Assembly (NCBI GenBank): GCA_035475915.1 | Contig: DATIMA010000172.1 | Coordinates: forward strand, 24,549 to 88,548 | DNA length: 64,000 nt | Reading direction: 5' to 3' | From: Bryobacteraceae bacterium | GTDB lineage: Bacteria; Acidobacteriota; Terriglobia; Bryobacterales; Bryobacteraceae | In this document: piece after piece, positions 27,607 through 37,834 of the stretch | How the letters are laid out: each line of letters starts with the position of its first letter | Position numbering within the stretch: the stretch's first letter is position 1 | Notes under the pieces: generated by a model | What the model was told of the DNA's origin: nothing | The model's database searches: none | The model's input: only the letters and a program-made list of their open reading frames with translations | Made by a program: the position numbers and the translations under genes

Positions 27607-29595
27607 GTGCAACGCCTCAGCTTGATTCTTCTGATCGCGGCTCTTTGTCCGCCCCTAGCTCTCACGGCCGAGATCGCCGCAGTCACCGATTACACCAACT
27701 ACAACACCGATAGCGAAGTGCGAATGCGTCTCGAAGGCGCCGGCGATGTAACGGCTGCCATCCGCTATGCGGGCGAAGACAAACCGCTTGCCACGGCAAT
27801 CAAGATACACGGACGCGAATACTCGAATTTATGGGCAGTTCCCTGGGATGCCCGGACGGGCCGCTATGAAGTAGATCTCACCACCGGCGGCGGCAACACA
27901 ATCCGGAATGCCACATCCTTCGCCGTTCATCGACAGCTTGCAAAGGTGGAATCGGTAGAACTCGATAAGACGTTTTACACATCGGGCGATAGCGTGAATC
28001 CGCGCATCGTGGTTCGGAACTTGTCGAATCGGCCGCTCGATCACTTACAAGTAGAATTTGAGCCGTATACCTATCCTTGGATTGCTCCCGCTCCCGATGA
28101 GCCGCCCATGTGGAAGCACATCGTGGCCCGCGCGCTTTCGCTGCCTCCCGGCGGGCAGAAGGAGTTCGATGTCCAGAAGGCCGCGGTTGTGCAGGCGCGG
28201 AAAGAGCCGGTCATTATCTATTATTCGGTGGTGATTCGCGATAGCCGCCAGCCTGACCGCATCTACGATCTCGCGTTTGCTCCACCGGCGTTCACCACGC
28301 CTCCCAATAAGCCGCTGCCAAAGCAGTACCCTTTTCTTTATCTCTACTGGCATCTCAGGGATGTCCCGAAATCGCAGGCGTACCGGCAATTTTATCCGCC
28401 TGAGTTCGTTTCGGACGTCATCCGTTTTGTGACCGATCACACGATTTTCCCGACGCACGTCGCTCCATCCGTTTCCTTTTCCGTAACTCAGACTCCGGAT
28501 GCCGACTGGAAGAACGCATCGCTGCACGTGCGCGTGGTCGATTCGAGCGGAAAGGAACTGGAGAACAAAACGCTCACGGGCCCCATTCCGGGGCAGCACG
28601 TAATCGGATTACAGACGCAAGCACCAGGCGTTTATACCGCGCGAGTTTACGTTCAAACGGCGGATGGCGCGGTCATCGCGCATAATCAGCTCGAGATCGC
28701 GATCGATGATCTGCCCAAATCCATTTTAATTTTCTGCGCTCACGAGGACGATGACACGGCGCATCCGGGCATCATCCGCGCAGCGGTTGAAAATCACATC
28801 CCGATTCATTTCGTCTATTTCACAGGCGGCGATGCAGGGGGGTGCGATCGCTACTACATGCACTCCTGCGATGCCGCACGCGCCATGGATTTCGGCGAAG
28901 TGCGCATGGACGAAGCGCGTGCTTCCTTGGGACATCTTGGAGTTTCGCGGGACGACATTTTTTTCTTGGGCCTGCCGGACGGGGGACTTGGGCAAGTGTG
29001 GGACCACGTCAAAGCGGATGATCCCTATCTCTCGGTGCTGCTGGCCAGCGACCATGCTCCGTACCGCAACGCCGCGATTCCGAACCTCCCCTACGCTCGC
29101 GATTCAGCCGTATCCGCCGCAAAACAATTTATCTCACGCTTTAAGCCAGACATGATCATCACGGGCCACCCGGATGAACGCCACGTCGATCATCGAACCA
29201 ACAACTGGATCGTCGTGGAGGCCATGCAGGAGTTGCTGCGCGCGGGCGCAATCCCTCGTGACACAAAGCTGGTTGTGGATGTTTCATACGGTCCTATGCC
29301 CGGGAGGCACGCACCTTACAAATACGAAAAGCAGATGCTGTACGTCTCCGGTGAAGCTGCAAAGTTGGGCCAGGAGGCGTTGTGGTATTACCAATCACAA
29401 GATGGCAATCACCAGCAGGCGGAGATTGTGGATTTCGGCAAGCTGCCGCGCCACGAACCGTATCCGCACTACCGGATTCTCGACTGGCAGGATCATGAAG
29501 GCTGGAACGAGCAGCGGAAAGAGAGCCAGCGCGACGCACGCTCCCTGGTTGCTAATCTGAAATCACTCCCCGGGGCATTCACAGCGCCGAAATGA
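27607..29595 (+). CDS. Secreted multidomain protein: Ig-like beta-sandwich repeats + C-terminal PIG-L/LmbE-family deacetylase
   Basis: There is no ATG after the tRNA. GTG at 27607 gives the signal peptide (M)QRLSLILLIAALCPPLALTA|EI; GTG at 27571 is an alternative. The C-terminal IFCAHEDDDTAHPG...YFTGGDAGG...GHPDERHVDH is the PIG-L (AHPDD/HxxH-type) signature. Confidence 0.7.
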   Translation: MQRLSLILLIAALCPPLALTAEIAAVTDYTNYNTDSEVRMRLEGAGDVTAAIRYAGEDKPLATAIKIHGREYSNLWAVPWDARTGRYEVDLTTGGGNTIRNATSFAVHRQLAKVESVELDKTFYTSGDSVNPRIVVRNLSNRPLDHLQVEFEPYTYPWIAPAPDEPPMWKHIVARALSLPPGGQKEFDVQKAAVVQARKEPVIIYYSVVIRDSRQPDRIYDLAFAPPAFTTPPNKPLPKQYPFLYLYWHLRDVPKSQAYRQFYPPEFVSDVIRFVTDHTIFPTHVAPSVSFSVTQTPDADWKNASLHVRVVDSSGKELENKTLTGPIPGQHVIGLQTQAPGVYTARVYVQTADGAVIAHNQLEIAIDDLPKSILIFCAHEDDDTAHPGIIRAAVENHIPIHFVYFTGGDAGGCDRYYMHSCDAARAMDFGEVRMDEARASLGHLGVSRDDIFFLGLPDGGLGQVWDHVKADDPYLSVLLASDHAPYRNAAIPNLPYARDSAVSAAKQFISRFKPDMIITGHPDERHVDHRTNNWIVVEAMQELLRAGAIPRDTKLVVDVSYGPMPGRHAPYKYEKQMLYVSGEAAKLGQEALWYYQSQDGNHQQAEIVDFGKLPRHEPYPHYRILDWQDHEGWNEQRKESQRDARSLVANLKSLPGAFTAPK

Positions 29596-31352
29596 ATTTT
29601 GCCGAGCATCTGAAGAGTCAAATCGACATCGTTGATGTTGTCGGCCAGTACGTTCGCCTGAAACGGCAGGGTGCTGGTCCACGCTATGTGGGCCTGTGTC
29701 CATTCCACTCAGAGAAGACTCCATCATTTGGCGTACACAGCGCTCTGCAGTATTACAAATGCTTCGGCTGCGATGCGGCTGGAGACGTATTCAAGTTTGT
29801 ACAGCAGATGGAGAGCCTCACGTTTCCGGAAGCCCTGAAGGTCCTAGCGGAACGGTACGGCGTCCCGATGCCGGAACGGCAACGGAGCGATGATCCTGAA
29901 GCGCAGAATCGGGCGGCTCTCTTCGAGATGCACGAGACGGCGGCCAGCGTGTTTCAGGACAACCTGCGGAGTACGGCAGGCGTGGCGGCACGCAGCTATC
30001 TGGAATCACGCGGCGTTTCCCGCGCTGCGATGGACGAGTTTCGGCTGGGACTGTCTGAATCGTCCGGCCAGCAGCTCGTGCAGCGTTTGCAGAAGTTCGG
30101 GCCGGGGATGCTGGAAGACTCAGGACTGGTAATCAAGCGCCAGGAGGGCGGATTCTACGATCGTTTCCGTGCACGGCTGATGTTTCCCATCCACAACGAA
30201 TCGGGCAAGCTGATTGCCTTCGGGGGCCGGGCACTGCGGCCTAATGATGAACCGAAGTACCTCAATTCCCCCGAGACGAAGCTGTACAAAAAATCGACTA
30301 TTTTATATAACCTGCATCGCGCAAAGATCGACGCCCGCAAAAACGACCGCATCATCCTGGTGGAAGGCTATATGGACGTGATCGGAGTGTATTCGGCCGG
30401 TATTCATGAAGTGGTCGCCAGCAGCGGAACGGCGCTCGGCCTGGAACAGATCCGATCCATAAAGCGGCAGATTTCTCAGCAGCAGGCGAATACCGGACAA
30501 ATTATTTTAAATTTCGATCCCGACCCGGCAGGCGCTCGTTCTACCGAGAAGTACATCTCCCTCCTCCTCGCGGAAGGACTGCGTGTGCGGGTGCTGGAGA
30601 TGCCGGGAGGATTGGATCCGGACGAATACATTCACCAGAGCGGAGCGGATGGTTACCGCAAGCTGCTGGAAACCGCGGCTTCCTATTTTCACTGGCTGGC
30701 AGACCGTGCCCGTTCCAAATTCGATATGCGGACGGCCGAGGGCCGGATTGATGCATTCAAATTTATTGAACCGGCCATCCAGCAGGTGAACAATCGTTTG
30801 GAAAGGGCGGCGATCGCGACCGAAATGGCGGAATACTTAAACGTCGACCGCGATGTCATGCGGCAGATGTTCCGCCAGAATGCACCTTTGAAGCCAGCCG
30901 TAAAAGCGCAGGAGTTCGCCTCGGCGGTTCCACCCAACGAGAAACTGCTGATCTGGTGTCTGCTGGCAAGCGCGGATGCTCGTGCAGCGATTCGGAACTA
31001 TCTATCGAATCCGACTCTGCTCGAACTGCTGGAATTGAGGAGCATTTTCGAAGCCGTCATGAATCTGGATGACGGCGCTCCATTTACGCTGGACACTCTG
31101 GCGGGCAATCTGGAGCCGCGTTTACAGCGCATTCTTTCTGAAATCAGCTTCTCGGATTGTGGAATTCGCGAAGAGGATGCGGCGGAGCAGGCACTTCATT
31201 GTTTAAAGGCTCTGGGAAACAAGGCTGATAGTACAAAGTGCGAGATCCTACGGAGGCAAATTCGAGAGCTGGAACAAGCGGGAAATGTCCATGAAGCGCT
31301 CTGTTTGGCCGATGAGTTAGACAGCTTGAGACGGCGGTCCCATGGGGCGTAA
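29592..31352 (+). CDS. dnaG: DNA primase
   Basis: Zinc ribbon GLCPFHSEKTPSFGVHSALQYYKCFGCDAAGD, and Toprim region VEGYMDVI...NFDPDPAG. Confidence 0.95.
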   Translation: MNFAEHLKSQIDIVDVVGQYVRLKRQGAGPRYVGLCPFHSEKTPSFGVHSALQYYKCFGCDAAGDVFKFVQQMESLTFPEALKVLAERYGVPMPERQRSDDPEAQNRAALFEMHETAASVFQDNLRSTAGVAARSYLESRGVSRAAMDEFRLGLSESSGQQLVQRLQKFGPGMLEDSGLVIKRQEGGFYDRFRARLMFPIHNESGKLIAFGGRALRPNDEPKYLNSPETKLYKKSTILYNLHRAKIDARKNDRIILVEGYMDVIGVYSAGIHEVVASSGTALGLEQIRSIKRQISQQQANTGQIILNFDPDPAGARSTEKYISLLLAEGLRVRVLEMPGGLDPDEYIHQSGADGYRKLLETAASYFHWLADRARSKFDMRTAEGRIDAFKFIEPAIQQVNNRLERAAIATEMAEYLNVDRDVMRQMFRQNAPLKPAVKAQEFASAVPPNEKLLIWCLLASADARAAIRNYLSNPTLLELLELRSIFEAVMNLDDGAPFTLDTLAGNLEPRLQRILSEISFSDCGIREEDAAEQALHCLKALGNKADSTKCEILRRQIRELEQAGNVHEALCLADELDSLRRRSHGA

Positions 31353-31466
31353 CCGTGTTGTACTATGAGGAATCGAGGAAACGAGGGGTCTCCTCGATAC
31401 ATATACCGGTTTGCTGTTTACGAATCTTTTTTGCCAAACGGTCGCGTAGCGGATGGATGAAGGCTG

Positions 31467-33122
31467 TTGATGCAAGACGGTAACGACAAGGGCTTCGTTC
31501 TATATGACGATGTCAGGGCAGTCGTGCCCGAGGATCTGGCAAACGGCGGCGATTTGAACGATCTGTTTGCCGACCTGGAGGGTCCACCCGTTGAGCTGCT
31601 GGAAGAATCCAAGCAGTTCGATAAGAAAGAGGAAGAGTTCGATGAGCTCTCCGATCTCGACCTTTCGCCGGGCACCCTGGACAAGAGCAACGATTCCGTC
31701 CGCGTCTATCTCCGCGAGATGGGCATGGTTCCGCTTCTCACACGCGACGGTGAAATCGAGCTTGCGAAACGAATTGAGCGTGGCGAAAAAGCGGTTCGCA
31801 AAGCGCTCTCGAGGTCCCACCTTGTTGTCCACCTCCTTCTTGAAACCATGCACGGAATGGAACGCGGAACGGTATCCATCCTGGATGTACTGCAGGCGCC
31901 GGATGTGCACGATGGGCACGAGGAAGAGGATTCCATCAGAACATTGAAGGAAAATTTCCTTCACGCGTTGCACGCAATCGAGAAGCTGTACCGAAAATCC
32001 CAGCAAATCGAGCAGAAGCTTATCAGCATTTCACGGACCATGAAGGCAAAGCAGCATCGCAGGTTACGCTTCGAGTATGCCCGCCTGATGGTTACCATTT
32101 CCCGCCATATTCGAGCTCTCCCTATCGCGGCACATTATCGACGGCATCTGAGCGATGGCTTGCGGCAAGTCGTGGATAAGCTAAAGCCGCTTGAACAGGA
32201 GATCGCGCGGTTGCAGCGCAAGCTGGAAACGTCGTCCGCAAATGAATCCGGGTCTGTTTCCAGCATTAAGAAAGAGTTGAAGGCGCTCTCGGCTCATTTG
32301 CAGGGGTTAGAGGACCGCTGCGGAACCACTGCCACTGAGTTGCGGCGCACGCTGCAAATCGTGGAACGGGGAGAAACGGAAACGGAGCTGGCCAAAAAAA
32401 GGCTCATTGAGGCCAACCTTCGCCTGGTGGTTTCGGTGGCCAAGCGATACACAAATCGGGGCATGCAATTCCTGGATTTGATTCAGGAAGGCAATATCGG
32501 GCTGATGCGCGCCGTCGATAAATTCGACTACAAACGCGGTTATAAGTTCTCGACATATGCCACGTGGTGGGTACGACAAGCGGTCACGCGTGCTATTGCG
32601 GACCAGGCCCGCACTATTCGCATTCCCGTGCATATGATCGAGACCATCAATAAGCTCGTGCGGCTTCAGCGCCTGATGCAGCAAGAACTGGGGCGGGAAC
32701 CAACCACCGAAGAACTGGCCGTCCGCATGGAGCTTCCGCCCAGCAAAATACGTCGCGTCCTTCGCATTTCCCAGGAACCGATTTCATTGCAGACCCCGGT
32801 GGGCGAGGAAGAGGAATCGAATCTGGGCGATTTTCTGGTGGACGGCAGGATGGTTTCGCCCTCGGAAGCGGTCATCAATCTAAATCTCCGTGAGCAGACA
32901 GCCGAGGTATTGAAGACACTCAGCCCGCGTGAAGAGAAGATCGTCAAAATGAGGTTCGGTCTGCAGGACGGCAGCGAGCACACGCTCGAAGAGGTAGGGC
33001 AGAGCTTCGCTGTCACTCGCGAGCGTATTCGTCAGATTGAAGCAAAGGCGCTTCGCAAGCTCCGGCACCCCAGTCGCAGTCACCGCTTGCGCAACTTCCT
33101 CGAAAACGGCGCACCATCCTAG
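31467..33122 (+). CDS. rpoD: Primary RNA polymerase sigma factor
   Basis: Region 2 [56 protein letters not shown]. Region 4 [30 protein letters not shown]. An in-frame stop at 31458 bounds the N-terminus. Confidence 0.95.
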   Translation: MMQDGNDKGFVLYDDVRAVVPEDLANGGDLNDLFADLEGPPVELLEESKQFDKKEEEFDELSDLDLSPGTLDKSNDSVRVYLREMGMVPLLTRDGEIELAKRIERGEKAVRKALSRSHLVVHLLLETMHGMERGTVSILDVLQAPDVHDGHEEEDSIRTLKENFLHALHAIEKLYRKSQQIEQKLISISRTMKAKQHRRLRFEYARLMVTISRHIRALPIAAHYRRHLSDGLRQVVDKLKPLEQEIARLQRKLETSSANESGSVSSIKKELKALSAHLQGLEDRCGTTATELRRTLQIVERGETETELAKKRLIEANLRLVVSVAKRYTNRGMQFLDLIQEGNIGLMRAVDKFDYKRGYKFSTYATWWVRQAVTRAIADQARTIRIPVHMIETINKLVRLQRLMQQELGREPTTEELAVRMELPPSKIRRVLRISQEPISLQTPVGEEEESNLGDFLVDGRMVSPSEAVINLNLREQTAEVLKTLSPREEKIVKMRFGLQDGSEHTLEEVGQSFAVTRERIRQIEAKALRKLRHPSRSHRLRNFLENGAPS

Positions 33123-33160
33123 TACTCGGGCGATTTCCGTACTGACGCCAACAACTCGGG

Positions 33161-34054
33161 TCAGTGCTCCATGCCGATCTTCACCATGCCCGGGTACCAG
33201 GAGCGTACCGCAAGGATACGCGATGTAACACCCGGAGCGCTGTAGTACCCGACAGTACAGTTCAGCCGGAAGAAATAGGCGTCGCCGGGCTTCGCGGGAT
33301 GCCGGCCTTCGACCCCGTCCTTGCCCCCGCCCGCAACCATATCGCCGTGCCCATCGAGAACGAGATAAATCTCCTCTTCGCGCTGATGATGATGCGGAAA
33401 GTTCGTCCCGCCCGGAGCGATCTCCATCAGGAAAAGGCTGGTCAGAACCCGGCCCGCGGCAATGCGGTCGCGTTTGCTATCCACATCTCCCATTAGCAGG
33501 CGGTAGAGTGTCGAAGCGGGATGGCCGCTGACAGGTTGGGTTCGGACATCGTCGATGTTTGCTTTCAGAGGCTCTCGCGGAATCGGAGCTGCTTGGAACC
33601 CTTTCGTGCGAAAGCCCATGATGATCACCTTGAGAGGCGCTGACGACGAATTGATGAGTGCGTGCGGCACGGTCCGGGGGAGATAAATGTAGTCTTCCTT
33701 GGCCAGCGGGACAGTCGCGTTCCCATACTTAGCGGACCCGTTGCCATCAAGCACAACATACACTTGGTCTTCCTGCGGATATTGAACCGTGCCACAGGCT
33801 CCATGCGGATCGACGATCGCTTCGCCGAATCGCGCTACTCCGACAACAACCGACGTGTTACCGCCGCCTTCGCCAAACAGAGGCTTGTAATGACAGGTAG
33901 CGGTAGTGAGCTCTGAGTTCTTTTCTTGTGCGGTATCGAGATTCCGATACAGGAATGTGGGATCTACCGTCCGATCCGCTGCGCTGAGACCAGAGATTAT
34001 GAGGAGCCCGAAGGCTAAACCGAGCTTCATTAGACTAGATTTGTACCATGTCAC
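33161..34054 (-). CDS. Secreted bicupin-domain protein
   Basis: Signal peptide (MKLGLAFGLLIISGLSAA). There are two cupin-like halves (QEDQVYVVLDGNG...; HHHQREEEIYLVLDGHGDM), the second with a His-rich metal motif. The start is 34054 or 34030. Confidence 0.55.
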   Translation of the reverse strand: MTWYKSSLMKLGLAFGLLIISGLSAADRTVDPTFLYRNLDTAQEKNSELTTATCHYKPLFGEGGGNTSVVVGVARFGEAIVDPHGACGTVQYPQEDQVYVVLDGNGSAKYGNATVPLAKEDYIYLPRTVPHALINSSSAPLKVIIMGFRTKGFQAAPIPREPLKANIDDVRTQPVSGHPASTLYRLLMGDVDSKRDRIAAGRVLTSLFLMEIAPGGTNFPHHHQREEEIYLVLDGHGDMVAGGGKDGVEGRHPAKPGDAYFFRLNCTVGYYSAPGVTSRILAVRSWYPGMVKIGMEH

Positions 34055-35325
34055 GAATAGATGAACAACGGCGCATGTTTATGAAATGGGCGGCAGCTGC
34101 GCCTGTTTTAGGCGCTATTGCCTGGCAGGAAATGGGACAGAAGCTGGCCGCGGCGACAACCCGCGCAGCGAACGTTTACGAGCGGATTGGCGTTCGACCG
34201 CTGATTAATGCTCGCGGGACCTGGACTTATTTGAGCGGCTCGCTGATTTTGCCTGAGGTTCGGGAAGCAATGGAGGCGGCATCGCGTCAGTTTGTGGATA
34301 TGTTCGAACTGCAGGCGGCTGTCGGGAAGCGACTGGCGGCTCTCTCGGGTGCTGAATCGGCAATGATCACATCCGGATCCGCAGGCGCTATGGCGGCAGC
34401 TACTGCCGCATGCATTGCGGGTTCAGATCCGGAAAACATCTGGCATCTGCCGGACACGACCGGCCTCAAGAACGAAGTGGTCATGCTGGGCGGCCGGATT
34501 GCGTTCGACAGCGCCATACGTCTGGCAGGGGCCAAATTAGTTGTAGCCAAGACATTGGAAGACCTGCAGCCCGCAATTCATTCCCAAACCGCGATGGTCT
34601 ACACCACATGGCGCGATGACAATCTGGTGAAGGCGCTGGAGATCACTCGCGCTGCCAAAGTGCCGCTCCTGTTGGACGATGCCGCCGGAATCCCGCCCTT
34701 TGACAACCTGTCGCGTTACGCAAAGCTGGGCGTAGATCTTTACTGCTTCAGCGGCGGGAAAGGGATGAGAGGACCGCAATGCGCCGGCGTGCTGCTGGGA
34801 CGAAAGGATCTGATCGACGCCGCGCTTAAGAACTACAACCCGTACGAAGGCGCAATCTGCCGTCCGATGAAGGTGGGCAAGGAGGAAATCATGGGCATGC
34901 TGGCCGCCATTGAAACCTGGCAGAAGCTGGATGTGAATGCGCTCAACAAAGAGTGGAACGCACGGGTACAACGGATCGCAAAATTGGTGGATACTGTGCC
35001 CGGGGTGACAACAAACATTTATGTTCCCGAAGAAGCGAACAGCTACCCGACACTCCGCATCGAGTGGGATGAGCAGAAGTTCGGCCTTACGGTGGCGCAA
35101 TGCGATCAGAAATTGCGCGATGGGCGCCCTCGCATTGAAGCTCTCACAAACAGCAATCCGAGCATGGTTGCGGCAGTCGAAGAAGGTGAGCACGATACCA
35201 AACACGAACCGCCGAAAAACCGGCTCGAGATTGTGTCCATGACTCTGGAAAACGGAGAAGATTTGATTGTTGGACGGCGGCTGCGGGAGATTTTGAACAG
35301 CGCCCGCTCTGCGGCGCGAGCCTGA
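34048..35325 (+). CDS. Tat-signal SelA/DgaE-like PLP-dependent enzyme (class-V-fold aminotransferase superfamily)
   Basis: Twin-arginine motif QRRMFMKWAAAAPVLGA. INARGTWTYLSGS, SGSAGAM and FSGGKGMRGPQ (Lys for PLP) are typical of SelA-like proteins. Confidence 0.55.
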   Translation: MSRIDEQRRMFMKWAAAAPVLGAIAWQEMGQKLAAATTRAANVYERIGVRPLINARGTWTYLSGSLILPEVREAMEAASRQFVDMFELQAAVGKRLAALSGAESAMITSGSAGAMAAATAACIAGSDPENIWHLPDTTGLKNEVVMLGGRIAFDSAIRLAGAKLVVAKTLEDLQPAIHSQTAMVYTTWRDDNLVKALEITRAAKVPLLLDDAAGIPPFDNLSRYAKLGVDLYCFSGGKGMRGPQCAGVLLGRKDLIDAALKNYNPYEGAICRPMKVGKEEIMGMLAAIETWQKLDVNALNKEWNARVQRIAKLVDTVPGVTTNIYVPEEANSYPTLRIEWDEQKFGLTVAQCDQKLRDGRPRIEALTNSNPSMVAAVEEGEHDTKHEPPKNRLEIVSMTLENGEDLIVGRRLREILNSARSAARA

Positions 35326-35349
35326 GGATCAATTTACGTGCAGCTATTC

Positions 35350-36021
35350 TCACAAAGCTCTGCGAAATGTTAGATTGATGCGGCAGCGGCCGGTGACCGG
35401 ATCTTCGCCGTCGGCCAGCGCGGCGACTCCATGATAGGCCAGGCGCGAGGGGCCACCCCACACCGCAATATCCCCGCTTTCGAGCCGAATGCGGCGTGGG
35501 CGGTCTTTCCGGGTACTCGTTCCGAAAAGGAAGGTTGCGGGCAAGCCAAGTGATACCGAAACGATGGGCTGGGTAAAATCACGCTCGTCCTTATCCTGAT
35601 GCAGCGTTAACCGTGCGCCGGGCTCGTAGCGGTTGACGAGGCAGGCATCGGGTTCGAAATTGACGTACCCCGCTGCCTTGGCTGCTCCGATTGCAACAGT
35701 CCGAAACGAAGCAGGAATTTCGGGCCAGTGGAGCCCTGTCAAAGGATCAACGGGCCCGTACCGGTAGCCGGTTCGGTCGCTGAGCCAGCCCGCATCGCCG
35801 CAATTGGTCATTGCAACCGACATGCGAAAGCCGCCCGGCGTGACCATGTGGCGGAACGGCGCGACCGAAAGGATGTCCGCAAGCACCTTCCACAGAACGT
35901 CTGCCTTATCTGCGACATATCCGCGTAGGAGAACTGCGCCTTCGGCTAGCGCCTCCGTATCTTCCGGAGAGTACGGAAGATCGCGGAAAAGGCCGCTCGT
36001 GTTTCCTGAATTCTTAGTCAT
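35350..36021 (-). CDS. alkB: Alpha-ketoglutarate-dependent DNA/RNA dioxygenase AlkB
   Basis: CLVNRYEPGARLTLHQDKDE (HxD), ...GGPSRLAYHGV..., RINLTFR. The start at 36021 overlaps the upstream stop (ATGA). Confidence 0.85.
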   Translation of the reverse strand: MTKNSGNTSGLFRDLPYSPEDTEALAEGAVLLRGYVADKADVLWKVLADILSVAPFRHMVTPGGFRMSVAMTNCGDAGWLSDRTGYRYGPVDPLTGLHWPEIPASFRTVAIGAAKAAGYVNFEPDACLVNRYEPGARLTLHQDKDERDFTQPIVSVSLGLPATFLFGTSTRKDRPRRIRLESGDIAVWGGPSRLAYHGVAALADGEDPVTGRCRINLTFRRAL

Positions 36022-36752
36022 TTTGCGTCGTGGAAAATTATTCCGAGCGTGTTTCGCTTTCCGGAACGCAAACGGCTGACTCCGTGCCGCATATTGACGC
36101 GATACCAACCTTTAGAGCCGTATACAGGCCGGTGGTGAACCGGGAAGATGACGCCATCGCCTTGCTCCAGGGGTACCACTTCTACGCGCGACTGCATGCG
36201 CGGCCGCTGTTCGGTAAGGACGAATTCACCGCCCGTGAAATCTCGACGCGGGTCGGAGAGCAAAAACGCGACCTGGATGGGAAAGACATGTTCGCCGTAA
36301 ATATCCTGATGGAGGCAGTTGTAATCCCCCTCGTGATATTCGAGCAGCAGCGGCGTCGGCTGGGTCTGGCATGCCGCATGGCAGCGTTCGAGAAAAGCCG
36401 GGTGATCGCTGGGATAGCGTGTGTCGATAGCCAAGGTTTCGTTCCAGTGGTTTGCGATTTCCGAGAGCGGCGGATATAGGGCGGTACGAAGCTCCGCGAT
36501 CAGCTCCGGCAGGGGATATCGAAAATATTTGTATTCGCCGCGTCCGAAGCCATGGCGAGCCATAACGATACGGCTGCGGAACTGTTGATCATCGGCATAG
36601 CTGTTCGCCAAGGCGCGGCAGTGCTCGGGAGAGAGCACTGCGCCGGCAACTGCACAGCCATAGGCGTCAAGGTCTGCCGCGATGCGCTGAAAATCGAGTT
36701 TTACGATGCGGTCTAAGGCGCGAGTCGCCGGCCGCGCAGACACCACGCTCAT
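36018..36752 (-). CDS. Uncharacterised 2OG-Fe(II) oxygenase embedded in the ada operon
   Basis: HxD in CLHQDIYGEH, and a distal His/Arg in VNMRHGVSRLRSGKR. ATGA overlaps at both ends (36749-36752 and 36018-36021). Confidence 0.7.
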   Translation of the reverse strand: MSVVSARPATRALDRIVKLDFQRIAADLDAYGCAVAGAVLSPEHCRALANSYADDQQFRSRIVMARHGFGRGEYKYFRYPLPELIAELRTALYPPLSEIANHWNETLAIDTRYPSDHPAFLERCHAACQTQPTPLLLEYHEGDYNCLHQDIYGEHVFPIQVAFLLSDPRRDFTGGEFVLTEQRPRMQSRVEVVPLEQGDGVIFPVHHRPVYGSKGWYRVNMRHGVSRLRSGKRNTLGIIFHDAK

Positions 36753-37834
36753 GATTCAGCCTCGCGTTTAAGCAGTGTACGCTTGCGTTCCACGCCCCAG
36801 CGGTAACCGGACAGCGCGCCATCTTTGCGCACCACGCGATGACACGGAATGGCAACAGCAATGGCGTTTGAGGCGCAGGCCTGCGCTACGGCCCGAACGG
36901 CCTTGGGAGCGCCCACGCGCCGCGCGATATCCGTATAGGTGGTCGTCGACCCAGATGGGATGTCGCGTAATGCCTGCCAGACGCGCTGCTGAAAGGCAGT
37001 GCCGCGCATGTCGAGAGGCAGATGAAGCCCTTGTTTCGGCGCCTCAATGAAGCCCACCACCTGGGCCACCCATTGCTCGAATTCAGGATCGCCGCCCAGG
37101 AGCTGGGCTTTGGGAAAACGGTCCTGGAGATCGCGCACTAATTTGTCGGGATCGTCTCCGAGCAGGATGGAGCAAATACCCTTCTCCGTTGCGGCAACGA
37201 GAATGGAGCCCAGCGAGCATTCGCCAACCGCGAAGCGAATCGGCACATCTTTTCCGCCCGCGCGAAATTTGGTGGGCGTCATTCCTAGCAGTTGAGAAGA
37301 GGTCGCATAAAAGGGTCCGTTCGAATTGAAGCCAGCGCCGTAGATGGCTTCGGTAACGGTCTCGCTTCGGGCCAGTTCGTCCCGAACCCGCTGGGCGCGA
37401 CGGGCATCGAAATAGGCGCGCGGGGTGATGCCCGTAATCGACTTGAACACACGATGAAAGTGGAAGCGGCTCATCCCGGCCGCTTCGGCCAGGCGATCGA
37501 GGTCGGGCGCTTCCTCGGCGGTCTCCATGGTCCGGCATGCTTTGGTAACTGCCGCGGTCCTCTCCTGAGTTAGCGAAGCAGCATTGGGCCGGCAGCGCTT
37601 ACAAGGCCGGAAGCCCGCTTGTTCGGCAGCTTCGCAGGTCAGGTGAAACTGCACGTTCTCGCGATGCGCCAGCCGGGCGGCGCAGGAAGCTCTGCAGTAC
37701 ACGCCAGTGGTGCGAACCGAATAGTAGAACATTCCATCGGCATTCCGGTCACGCCGCATCACCGCTGCCCAGCGATCTTCGTCCGTTAAGAATAGCGGGG
37801 ATGTCCTTTGAATCTGAGTCGCCGCTAAGCTCAT
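36749..37834 (-). CDS. ada: Bifunctional Ada: methylphosphotriester-DNA methyltransferase / AraC-type activator / O6-methylguanine-DNA methyltransferase
   Basis: Ada Zn domain (YCRASCAARLAHRENV..FRPCKRCRP), AraC HTH (MSRFHFHRVFKSITGITPRAY) and the Ogt active site IPCHRVV. The ATG at 37834 has AAAGGAGA upstream; the ORF-track start 37852 is an alternative. Confidence 0.9.
   Translation of the reverse strand: MSLAATQIQRTSPLFLTDEDRWAAVMRRDRNADGMFYYSVRTTGVYCRASCAARLAHRENVQFHLTCEAAEQAGFRPCKRCRPNAASLTQERTAAVTKACRTMETAEEAPDLDRLAEAAGMSRFHFHRVFKSITGITPRAYFDARRAQRVRDELARSETVTEAIYGAGFNSNGPFYATSSQLLGMTPTKFRAGGKDVPIRFAVGECSLGSILVAATEKGICSILLGDDPDKLVRDLQDRFPKAQLLGGDPEFEQWVAQVVGFIEAPKQGLHLPLDMRGTAFQQRVWQALRDIPSGSTTTYTDIARRVGAPKAVRAVAQACASNAIAVAIPCHRVVRKDGALSGYRWGVERKRTLLKREAES

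Noticed and set aside
26977-29595. The 872-aa ORF listed as one protein.
   Set aside because: It is a composite. It reads an out-of-frame ISL3 remnant, then the antisense strand of tRNA-Thr (27478-27553), then the genuine PIG-L gene. The real CDS most likely starts at GTG 27607 or 27571.
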